A stretch of 64,000 nucleotides of DNA from Phyllobates terribilis (taxonomy: Eukaryota): the NCBI RefSeq assembly GCF_046119375.1, contig NW_027362767.1:416330001-416394000 (forward strand). Direction: 5' to 3'. Positions within the stretch are counted from its first letter, which is position 1. Each line of letters starts with the position of its first letter. A program made the position numbers and the translations under genes. Of the stretch, positions 1-20,450 are shown piece after piece. The notes under the pieces were generated by a model. That model was given only the letters and a program-made list of their open reading frames with translations. It had not been told where the DNA came from and did not search any database.

Positions 1-1609
1 AAGAAGAGGATGGACAGAAGACGGCAGGAAATGAAAGTGGAGTGATATAAAATGCGTGAAGAGCAGAAAAATGAAGAGACAAATGACGTCAGCAGCCCAC
101 AACAAGACGTCCTTCTCTAGAGGCTACAAGAAACCAGATCTATAAACATGGACAGGAACGGCAATGAACGCCTCATCGCTTCTTTACCTTTAAACGCTCA
201 ATAGACTTTACACCAAAAATAACACATACTCCTGCTTGCTCTGGGGTTGCCATAGCAGCCTCAACAGGTGAACAACAGGTCATGTGACTTGCCCTCACAA
301 GGACATAAAATGTACACGCTCATCCACTGCATTATCTCCATGGCAACCCCAGAGCAAGCACAATATCCATCTATAGATCGCTAGATAGGAGACGAGAAAA
401 AGCGAAATTAAACGCAAATTAAATTAGAAGGAGCCGCTTGTTTCCAATGCAAGAGATCCCAGGCCGTTTTGTTTTGGGATATGTGGTCTTAATGGGTGAA
501 GAAGAAAAAAACAAAACCATGATCAGACACATGACGGGCTACATTAGTCACTAGTCCTGGCAGCCATACACCAGTAGGAGGCATATGGGGACGAGTTATT
601 CAGAGTTTTTACACTTTCGCATTGGGAGGAGATACATTTGATAGGCTGCTGATTTTGCAAGTTTTCCCATCTACATAGAATGGAGAGATCTGTAATTTTT
701 ATCGTAGGTCACTTCACCTGTGAGAGACAGAATCTAAAAAGAAAAAAACAGAAAATCACATTGTATGATTTTTACATATTTCATGCAATAAAATGCAAAT
801 TATTTGATACAATAGAAAAACAGAACTTAATATTTGGTCCAGAAACCTTTGTTTGCAATTACAGAGGTCAGACGTTTCCTGTAGTTCTTGACCAGGTTTG
901 CACACACTGCAGCAGGGATTTTGGCCCCCTCCTCCATACAGATCTTCTCCAGATCTTTCAGGTTTCGGGGCTGTCTCTGGGCAACACTGAGTTTCAGCTC
1001 CCTCCAGGGATTTTCTATTGGGTTCAGGTCTGGAGACTGGCTAGGTCACTCCAGGACCTTGAAATGCTTCTTGTGGAGCCACTCCTTAGTTGCCCTGGCT
1101 GTGTGTTTCTGGACATTGTCATGCTGGAAAACCCAGCCACGACCCATCTTCAATGCTCTTACTGAGGGAAGGAGGTTGTTGGCCAAAATCTCACGATACA
1201 TGACCCCATCCATCCTGCCTTCAATACAGTGCAGTCGTCTTATCCCATTTGCAGAAAAGCACCCCCAAAGTATAACCTCCTCCCCCCATCATGCTTCATG
1301 GTTGGGACGATGATCTTGGGGTTGTACTCACCCTTCTTCCTCCAAACATGGCGAGTGCAGTTGATACCAAAAAGATCTATTTTGGTCTCATCTGACCACA
1401 TGACCTTCTCTGGATCATCCAGATGGTCATTAGCTAACTTCAAACGGGCCTGGACATGTGCTGTCGTGAGCAGGAGGACCTTGCGTGCCCTGCAGGATTT
1501 TAATCCATGACGGCATAGTGTGTTACTAACGGTAATGTTTGAGACTGGTCCCAGCTCTCTTCAGGTCATTGACCAAGTCCTCCTCTGTAGTTCTGGGCTG
1601 ATTCCTGAC

Positions 1610-2951
1610 TGTTATGCACACGCCCGGGCTAAGCGGCGTGTGCGTGTGATTGGTAGTGATTCCACTGGACCGTGCCGGAGAGTGAATGCCTGGAGGGGCG
1701 TGACTAAGTATTCACCCGATCCGACCAGGGTCGCACGACGGCATACGACGCCAGTGCACCAAGGAGGAACCGAGCAGAGGGACCAGGTGCTACTCCAGGA
1801 CAGACCCCGGACACGGCTGTTGACCCACACAGGGGAATACAGGAACAGGCTGGTAGGCTGGCACACAGACTGGTGGGTATAGGCAGGCACGACTGGTATG
1901 CAGGCAGGCGGGTATGCAGGCAGGGGGGTAAAGACAAGCACAGCTAGAGTGCAGACAGGGAGGCACTAGCAGGTAGGAACACAGGCGGGATAGGACCCAG
2001 TACACACCGGGACTCAGGAACAATACAGGCAGAGGGTTACAGGCAAGCACAGCTAGAGTGCAGACAAGGCTGAGCAGGGAGGACAGGGCTCTGTTCACAC
2101 GGAACAGACAGGAAGGGAAAGACAGAGCCAGATACTCACACAGTACTTGCAGAGACAACAAGCAGGAGTTAGGTACGAGTTCAGACTCTGCAGAAAAAGG
2201 AAGGGAACGGACATAGAGGCAAAACAGGTAAAGGACAGGAGAGAGTTCAGACTGGAACTGAGTGTACGGAGGAGACCGACACTGCAGAGGGATACAGGAG
2301 CGGGTCTGGGAATACGGCCCCCAGAGAGGCGGGACGAACAGGCAAGGAGCGTGTTCAGACAGGACAGACCAGACACAGGAGCGGGTCTAGGAAATCGGCC
2401 ACTAGAAGGCGAGAGGAACAGGCTAGGAGCGAGTTCAGACAGGTCAGACAAGATACAGGAACGGGTCTAGGTAATCGGCCCCTAGAAGGCAGGAGGAACA
2501 GGCTAGGAGCGTGTTCAGACAGGACAGACAAGAGAACACAGAAAGGACTCAGTTCAGACACGGGAGCTGATACCGCAAGGCAGGAGACATACAGGACTCA
2601 GTTCAGACACGGGAACTGATACAAAAAGCAGGAGACAAGAGACGGGACCTGGCACCTTCAGAGTGCAAGCACACACTGAAGGAAACACTATGCTCAGGCA
2701 GGGATAGAAGGGAGCTGCTGAGCTATATACCAAGTGACAGACAGCAATAGGCTGAGGACGCACAAGGGGTGTGACCCACAGCAGGTACAAAAGGCAGGAA
2801 GTGATCGGGCGCCGCCCTTAAGCAGCAGAAACAGACACAAACAGACAGCATGGAGGGAAGCCAGAGAGACATTCTGGACAGGAGATCAAGTGCGCCCTCT
2901 TGCACAGTGGGAGATGGACCACCATGCAAGGACGCCGCCAGGTATGTTACA
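1610..2951. mobile_element. Solo LTR (1342 bp) of an LTR retrotransposon
   Basis: TGT...ACA termini with an exact 5-bp target duplication CTGAC (1605-1609 and 2952-2956). Internal degenerate GA-rich tandem repeats. It interrupts the Tc1 transposase frame. Confidence 0.85.
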
Positions 2952-3373
2952 CTGACCTTTCTCAGAATTACCCTTACCCCACAAGGCGAGATCTTGCATG
3001 GAGCCCCAGACAGAGGAAGATTGACAGTCATCTTGTGTTTCTTCCATTTCCTAATAATTGTGCCAACAGTTGTCGTCTTCTCACCAAGTTGCTTGATTAT
3101 TGTCCTGTAGTCCATCCCAGCCTTGTGCAGGTCTTCAATTTTGTTCCTGGTGTCCAAAGACAGCTCTTTGGTCATACAGGTAATAAGTTCAAATAGGTGC
3201 AATTAATACAGGTAATGAGTGCAGAGTAGGAGGGCTTCTTATAGAAAAACTAACAGGTCTGTGAGAGCCAGAATTCTTGCTGGTTGGTAGGTGATCAAAT
3301 ACTTATTTCATGCAATAAAATGCAATTTAATTATTATTTAAAAATCATACAATGTGATTTTCTGGATTTTTAC

Positions 3374-4712
3374 ATAGTTACATAGTTTATAAGGCCGAAA
3401 AAAGACAAGCGTCCATCCAGTTCAGCCCATTTCTTGTGCACTGCAGCTATTCCGCAGCGTTGATCCAGGGGAAGGCAAAAAAAAACCCATGCGGTATAGG
3501 CCAATTTACATCATTGAGGAAAATTTCACTTCCCGACTCCAATCTGGCAGTCAGATTAAATCCCTGGATTAATTAACTATCACTAAGGATAAGATGTAAT
3601 TTTATTGTTCTCAAGAAAGGCGTCCAGGCCTCTCTTGAACTCATTAAGTGAGTTGGACATCACCACTTCCTCTCCCAGAGAGTTCCAGAGTCTCACGGCT
3701 CTGACCGTAAAGAATCCCCTTCTATGCTGGTGCAGGAACCTCCTTTCCTCCAGACGCATAGTGTGCCCCCTCGTCTTTGTCACCATCCTTGGTATAAACA
3801 GGTCATGGGAGAGATCTCTGTACTGCCCCCTGATGTATTTATACATGTTTATGAGGTCTCCCCTAAGCCTTCTCTTTTCCAACGTAAATAGGCCTAATTT
3901 TGACAACCTCTCTGGGTATTCTAGTCCCTCCATTCCCTTTATTACCTTAGTCGCCCTCCTTTGTACCCTCTCTAGCTCCAATATGTCTTTCCTGAGCACC
4001 GGAGCCCAGAACTGTGCACAATATTCTAAGTGCGGCCTTACCAGCGCTTTATACAGAGGAAGAACAATGTCATCATCATATGCCCCTATTCTTCTTCTGA
4101 TGCATGCCATGACTCTATTTGCCTTCGCAGCTGCTGCCTGACACTGGGCACTCCAATTTAATTTGCTATTAACCAAGACGCCCAGGTCCTTCTCCATGTC
4201 AGATTTCCCCAACGTTTTCCCATTTAATATGTATGGGTGACTGCTGTTTTTCTTTCCCATGTGCATGACCTTACATTTATCGACATTGAACCCCATTTGC
4301 CATTTTTTGGCCCAACTCCCCAATTTATCTAGATCCTCCTGTAGCTGTGCCCTATCCTCATCTGCATTAACTACTTTACAAAGTTTAGTATCATCTGCAA
4401 ATATTGCTATTTTACTATGCAACCCTTCCACTAGATCATTAATAAATATATTAAATAATATAGGGCCCAAGACAGACCCTTGAGGCACCCCGCTAGTAAC
4501 CCTGACACCCCCTGAGCTTACTCCATTGATAACCACCCTCTGCTTTCTATCACTCAGCCAGCTATTTACCCACTTGCACACATTATCCCCCAGACCAAGC
4601 ATTCTCATTTTATATACCAACCTTTTGTGTGGCACGGTATCAAACGCTTTGGAGAAGTCAAGGTATACAACATCCACTGACTCTCCCCGGTCCAGCTGTG
4701 AGCTCACCTCCT
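3374..4712 (-). mobile_element. CR1 LINE, 5'-truncated, with open RT C-terminal ORF
   Basis: 374-aa ORF 4707-3583 with [34 protein letters not shown] and VRPHLEYC motifs. The 3' tail is (ACTATGTA)n at about 3374-3390. Confidence 0.95.
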
Positions 4713-5042
4713 CGTAGAAGATTTAGATTCTGTCTCTCACAGGTGAAGTGACCTGCGATAAATATTACAGACCTCTCCATTCTTTGTAGGTGGGAAAACT
4801 TGCAAAATCTGCAGAGTATCAAATACTTATTTTCCCATCTGTATGGGGACAGTATACACAACAAGGCAGGACATTGTTAAAGAAAACTATTTGCAAAGTT
4901 GGTTCAGTGCATCAGAGAAATACCAGGTTGGTTGCAAAAGTATTCATACCCTAAAACCTTTTTTGTTTCTCTCTTAGCTTAAAAAAGTGGAGCCTCCCTC
5001 TCCATTACGCACCTTCTAGAACGGTAATATGGGTGGTCTCAC

Positions 5043-5117
5043 CCAGACACCTCGTAATTCAGATGCATGAAAACATGACGGCCGCCAGCACACAGACACA
5101 GATCTCGTCGTCATCAT
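5043..5117 (-). CDS. Candidate first coding exon of a downstream gene (possibly C6orf136)
   Basis: 75-nt ATG-to-GTGAG exon (MMTTRSVSVCWRPSCFHASELRGVW) just downstream of a CpG patch with ETS (CGGAAG) and YY1-like (GCCGCCAT) motifs at about 5210-5235. The identity rests only on the ATAT1-C6orf136 adjacency in human. Confidence 0.3.
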
Positions 5118-7199
5118 CGGCCTTTTTATTGATCCAGTCAAGTAAAGTATTAACCCATAAGTTATTTCTAGGGTGCACACAGTCTCCTACAGATCATGGA
5201 CCATCGCCTATGGCGGCGCCGGCCTCTTCCGCTGCGTGAAGGCAACAAGCACTTTAATAAACAGTTCATCCTAGAGGGGCAAAAATGTGCAAAGAACTGA
5301 ACATTGTAAAAGTGTATAAAATGGTAAAACATATAAAACCCGCAGCACATTCTGAAAGGACAGGAGTCACCAGGGCCATTACCTGTTAATGGTGATTAAA
5401 TGAGTCAACAGCGACCCCTACTGGCCAGAAAAATAAGTTCTACAAGATTATTGCACTTTGTTGATTATATATATTAAAAAAAATACATAAAATAAAGTTA
5501 AAAACATATAAAAGACACAATAAATTATATGGTCAGCAGAGGGTGCATGGTTATCTGGAGATTGCAATACTTCAGCACGTATCCTCCTCTGTGTATGCAT
5601 TGCATAATGATGAGGCCCCCGGGGCGGGGTGCCCATGCAGCGGTCGATGCTTAGACCGAGCTCCGGGCTGCTAAAGTGCATTTCCATTATGTAAGCCACA
5701 AATGTCGTCATTGGGACATCAGCCGCTGTATGTGGCATTGCCCACCCCATAGCCGGCCACAGGGATCTCCACTGCGGGCCTTATACCCTGCACTAAAAGC
5801 GAGCAGTCAGGTCGGGAACTGCCTCTGTAATATGGATGAGAAGATGCAACAGCAATATGGGCATCCTTAAGGCCAAAAGGAAAACCTCGGCAAAAAGGAG
5901 TAATGATAAATAAAAGTGCTAAAAATCTAAATAAAATACTAATATTAGTGAATTCACTTAATTAGACATAGCTACAGGAAATCACCTATTCACAAATAAA
6001 AAAAAATCATCATTAATCTGCCTATGATTAGTGTGGTAAACATACCTTACTGCCTGTCTATAATTAACGTCATTAAAGGGAATGTGTCAGCAGGTTTTTT
6101 GATGTGTAATCTGAGAGCAGTATGATGTAGGGGCTGATACCCTGATTCCAGTGATGTGTCACTTACTGGGTGCAGCAGCTGTGATACAATCAGTTTTCTC
6201 TGAAGAGCTGGGGAATGCTGAGCTCTGTATAACCCCGCCCACAGCACTGATTGGCTGCTTTCTGTGTACAATGTATCAGTGGTGGGGAGCGTGGTTGGAC
6301 CAGGAGGCATGAGACACCTAGTCCTGCAGTAATAATCTCCTGCTAATAAAACAGCAACACACAGCCTAGTAAATGACACATTGCTGGAATCAGGGTCTCT
6401 GTCCCTACATCATATTATGCATTAAAAACCTTTAACCAGGGTCGTTATTGTGCTCAGTATATGAAACCAGCATATACCTGCTGGCCACATACAGGTGTTA
6501 TGGCATAAACGGTCGTTTTTTTTTTTTTTTGTTTTTTTTTAATAGTTCAGTTGGTCAAATTTAGACGTAAAGAAAAACATTGTTGAGACCTCCATCGATC
6601 CCGAGAACTGGGGGTCCAAAGTTCCTGTCTGAATGCAGCAGAAGTGAGCATGTGTGACCACGGTCCTTTTCACTGTCCATAGGAGAGGTGGTCGCACATG
6701 CTCGTTACTGCTTACAATCACACAGGAGACATTCGGACCTTCAATATTTTAATCAGTGAAGTTTGAGGCACAGCGATCCTACAGTTATCACCCATCCCAT
6801 TAATAGCCAATATAGGATGACCCCTTTAAACATTACATGAAAATCAACTGAGAAGTTTTCCATAGGAAAATGAATCTGCATGCAATGATTTGCCGTTCTG
6901 CCACCTATGGCTACCATAGGATAATGCCAGGCTCATGAACATGGACTCATTTCCTCACCATTTGCAGGTAATCCCTCCATGACCTGACCTCATGACATTC
7001 ATTGACCGTGGGCAGGACACCCCACTATAGCGGTGTATATACTCAAGCACCCACAATTTGGCTTTGGGCCTTTGGTAATTTTGTAGTTTTCTTTTTAACC
7101 CCAAGTGAAAAAGTAAAAAAATTGTTGTGAATGACCGAGGTGGAAATACTGGAGGAAACAGACTTGTTCGATTTCCAGTAAGGAGACGCTTATTAATAG

Positions 7200-8661
7200 A
7201 GATATTCCCATCTCCAAGATCCTATCCCAAAATGTAGTAGGAGTCATAACAATATTAGCAAATATCTCCAACTAGAAAAAGTAGTCTAGTTCTTCCAATT
7301 TGCTACATCACTTACCCATTGTGCAGGGCATTGCAGTAGCTTAGGTATTCATGGTTTTTTTTTTAATTCGTTTATTAAAGGGGTTGTCCACTACTTTCAA
7401 TTGATTGGGAGGCGGATGTGCAGTACACCGCGGCGGACACTACCACTTGACGGCGGAGACCCGCAGGGGAGTACTTCTGGCTGGCGGCCGCTGCCAGCAC
7501 CTATAACAGTTGATATGTGGGGGTGCGCACGTGCGGGACCCTGACCGATCATACATTGATGCCCTACCCTACGGATAGGGCATCAATGTAAAAAAGTAGT
7601 GGGACGAATTCCAGAGATCCCAGATCTTATTAAATTTCTCCGAACATCCTCTATTCTGATAAACCGTTCGCTCATATGGTGTGACTGAACTGACCAGTTC
7701 AATCCAGGATCTAAGAGATGGTGGGAATTACCCATCCAGTGTAGAGCTAGTCATTTCCTGGCTAAGAAGATGGTTTCCCTTAGGAAAATTTTAGTATGAT
7801 GTCCCAACCACTCTTCCTCCAGAACACCAAATAATCCAATTAACGGGTCATGGGGAATTGGAATAGATAATAGGGAAGATAGTAGTGAAGTAATCTCATT
7901 CCAAAAAGAAAGAATAGTTGGGCATTGCCCCACCATGTGTATAAAGTCCGCGTCAGATGCAAGACACCTCAAACATTACGAGGTCTGGGATCGCCCCATC
8001 CTAAATAACCTCAATGGGGTTAAATATGATGGATGTATAATGTACAACTGGATCGTTTTGTTATTAGCAGACTGAGAAACGTTGGTTGAAGACTCCAAAA
8101 TCTCTTCCCAGGCCTCATCCTGAATGCTATGAATAAGAAGCTTCCATTTTTGTTTTACCCAACAGGGGAGTAGATTCAACACCTATGGATAACATATGTA
8201 TATAAAAGTGGAGATGAAGCCCTGTGGATCTTGTGATTTGAGTGTCCCTATTAAAGGGAAAGATGATATTAACTTGATGGTGCCCATATTTTGTAAGTGA
8301 GATAGAGTTGCTGTTCTAAGTTGGAGGTATGGAAAAAAATTGGGACCTTGGAATTCCATAGTTGTTTTGTAATTGTTCAAAAGGAAATTAGGACGTTTTG
8401 TTCGTATATGTCATATATTATGTGATATCCAAAACTGAGCGGATGGCTGGTTTAACTTAGATATTTATGGTTACGGCCAGTAACAACTAATGGTCACTAT
8501 ATGAGTAGTTGGAACCATGAATACCTAAGCTACTGCAATGCCCTGCACATGGGGTAAGTGACATAGCGAATGAGAAGAACTATACTACATTTCTAATTGG
8601 AGGCATTTGCTAATATTATTATACATATTGGGATAGGATCTTGGAGATGGGAATACCCCTT
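7200..8661. mobile_element. T2/Kolobok-type palindromic MITE split by an L1 insertion
   Basis: Halves 7200-7355 and about 8468-8661 match the intact copy at 46884-47240. The right end is GAGATGGGAATACCCCTT. Confidence 0.8.
7355..8467 (-). mobile_element. L1-type LINE 3' fragment
   Basis: ORF2 C-terminal pieces (DADFIHMVGQCPTILSFW...IFLRETIFLARK), poly-A tail (T-run at 7355) and a probable TSD ATGGTT. A small MITE at about 7378-7605 is nested inside. Confidence 0.8.
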
Positions 8662-8734
8662 CCACTCCACAATCACTGTGCAGGTCGATGAGGAATGATG
8701 GAGGAGGGGGACGGAGATCAGACTGTAGAAAAGG

Positions 8735-18078
<9,344 letters not shown>

Positions 18079-18996
18079 CTTGGTTGCCGGGTGAAACTGT
18101 GACTCTATAGTTCAGTTCCAGAGGATGCGTCCGGATTTAGGGTCATATCCCGCCTCCTACTATAGAAAGCCCCTGTAAGGGACAGAACGGAAGGGTGGGA
18201 CGAGTTTCCATCAGAGACAGGAGGATGGAAGGCTGCAATAAAATACCACAGCGCGGGCACTATGTCGCCAGGGCACTCATGTTATAGCATAGTGGACCAA
18301 TAAAAAAATAAATAAATAATAATTATTAATTATTTTTGCATTTGTATGGGATGATTTTTGTGATACTTTCTTAGGTCGGACTGTTCCACATGCAGCAATA
18401 CTGAACAGATTATTTTATTTATTATTTAAGATATTTTCCAGGAAAAATCAGTCAATGTGAACATTTATACAGTATGTGTAAAATATATATATATTCCCCT
18501 CTTTTTAAAAAAAAAAAAATGGAGGATTCACCTCCCAATAAATTGAATGGTAAAAAAAACTATAAAGAAATAAATAAAAATAATAAAAGTTGTTCGGAGG
18601 CCAAAACAATGATAATGAAAAACAAAAAAAAAACCTCGACAGCTTGTGCCTCAAAAAACAAACAAAAAACCCTTCAACTAAAAAAAATAAATAAATAGGA
18701 AGGCAAGGAGGAAACAAATAATGCGGCGAGGGGCCCACATTCCCCAGCAGTGGCCCTGTACACACAATACGTTTTCACATTCCCGCGACTTCAGATCTCC
18801 GAGCCCTACAATGGCGCCACGTGAACCCCGACTATTTCCACCACTCCCATAGAGGATGACTAGACCTCCGCCCTATTAAAGGGGCGGTCAGGGGTCCCCC
18901 ATTATGGCACTTTGAGGGGTTCACACTTCCTGATAATCTATGATGAGTATATACAGATACATCAGTGGGGACATATACAACCCTGTTCACACTTAC

Positions 18997-19480
18997 CTCT
19001 CCCTATAGACGCATCCGGCAGTGGCAGTGCAGGGCGGCGCGCACATCAGGCTGTATACATCCTATAGGGGCCCCCTGCATGCAGCGTCCATAGGCTGCGC
19101 GCCCCCGACCCGCACTCTCGGCTGCGCGCCCCCGAAACAAAAGAAGCCCGGCTCCAGATAAGCGCGAGGGGAGAGAGGTGGGCGTGGCCACATGACAGCA
19201 GCTTCCTCCAATCAGCGAAGGCGGGTCCGCTTCCACCTAGCAACCGCTTTCCTAGCGACAGCTCTTCACGCCCGTTGATTGGTTATGAAATGTAAAAAGG
19301 CTTTTAGTATTAAAATGATGACCACGCCCTCCGGCTTGCTGGTTAATGGCCGTCACGTGACCGCATCTCTGTCAGTCCAAATAGAAAGGCTGTAGGGCTC
19401 CCTAGCAACCTACCAGGCCTTCCTTAGCAACAGCTATATATTCCTGCCGGGGCTCTTCTGTGTTCCTTAGCAACTGCACA
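18997..19480 (-). promoter_or_regulatory. ATAT1 CpG-rich promoter and probable non-coding exon 1
   Basis: CpG-rich island with a strong donor AGAG|GTAAGT at 18997/18996. An acceptor at 18105/18104 lies 26 nt upstream of the ATG. CCAAT boxes occur near 19208 and 19279, with repeated (C/T)TAGCAAC RFX-like half sites. Confidence 0.65.
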
Positions 19481-19712
19481 CTTTATTCATTGTGGAACTT
19501 GTGTCAGTGGTGAAATGTATCTAGTCATTGCACGGTGTTATCTTTAACACCTTTTTCATTCTTCCAATGAACGATCATAAATAAAGGTCAAATATTTAAC
19601 CGATCCTCGCAAACCGTGGTGTCTCCATGCTTGTCAACCCTCCCGAAATAACTGGGACACTGCCCCCCAGGCACCATTTCCTCCCCCCAATCGCCTGTCT
19701 GGTCTGCAGCGC

Positions 19713-19857
19713 CATCAGACTCCTCCGTGCCATCAGACTCCTCCGCACCATCAGACTCCTCCGTGCCATCAGACTCCTCCGCACCATCAGACTCCTCCGT
19801 GCCATCAGACTCCTCCGCACCATCAGACTCCTCCGCGCCATCAGACTCCTCCGCGCC
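19713..19857. repeat. 18-bp tandem repeat (about 8 copies)
   Basis: Unit CATCAGACTCCTCCG(T/C)(G/A)C. Confidence 0.95.
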
Positions 19858-20450
19858 AAACACACTTTCACATTGCGGGAACAGGGTGTGGGTGGGGTGT
19901 GACCCATCAAACAGGTGAAGTAAAGTTTAAAGTGAAGGTCCATCCACACTGCAAGATTATGGTGGACGACTTTTTTATAATCTTGCAGTCTAAACAGACT
20001 GTAAATCATCTGGAGCGCGAGCAAAACACTCGTTCGTCGGGTGAAATTATCTTTTCTGCAGCACTAAAGATCTTCGTTCTGGGCAGCTCAACGTCCTGTG
20101 TAAACAAGGTCGTCCCTGTGCTGCCGAGCACACTGGCAGCCTGTGCGCACTGAACTATTACAGATTGTGTATCTCCATTACAAAAAGGCGCAGTGGGTCA
20201 GATGCCCGACCGTCGCACCATTCATTCACTATGGGGTTGATGGAGAAAGCTGAGAATAGCACTCAGTAGCCCCATTGAGAATAGATTCAGCGCAAGTCGC
20301 ACATCCGGTCCTTTCTGGGGTAAAAGTTTCTCCTCCAGTCAAGAAGTTGTCACTTATCATGTGGATAGGCGATATATTTTTTTCACCGGACGATCTATTT
20401 AATTCCCCAATTCACCATTCACCAGTGTCAAGATTCAGTGCTGGAGGCAC

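Larger units (their letters stand above)
636..4841 (-). mobile_element. Tc1/mariner DNA transposon (decayed), interrupted by a solo LTR and a CR1
   Basis: Long TIRs (left about 636-800, with the outermost ~20 bp missing; right 3296-3372 plus 4713-4841, ending CTG|TA). Transposase pieces: [20 protein letters not shown]...IIRKWKKHK and VMWSDETKIDLFG. Confidence 0.9.

Noticed and set aside
5448-5750. 100-aa minus-strand ORF with a faint LINE ORF1-like 'SIDR...PPR' stretch
   Set aside because: The similarity is too weak to call without a profile search.
18474-18765. Lys/Asn-rich and Phe-rich ORFs
   Set aside because: They are artefacts of A-rich low-complexity intronic sequence.
19588-20024. 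ORFs with GAEESD / RRSLMA repeats
   Set aside because: They are translations of the 18-bp tandem repeat.
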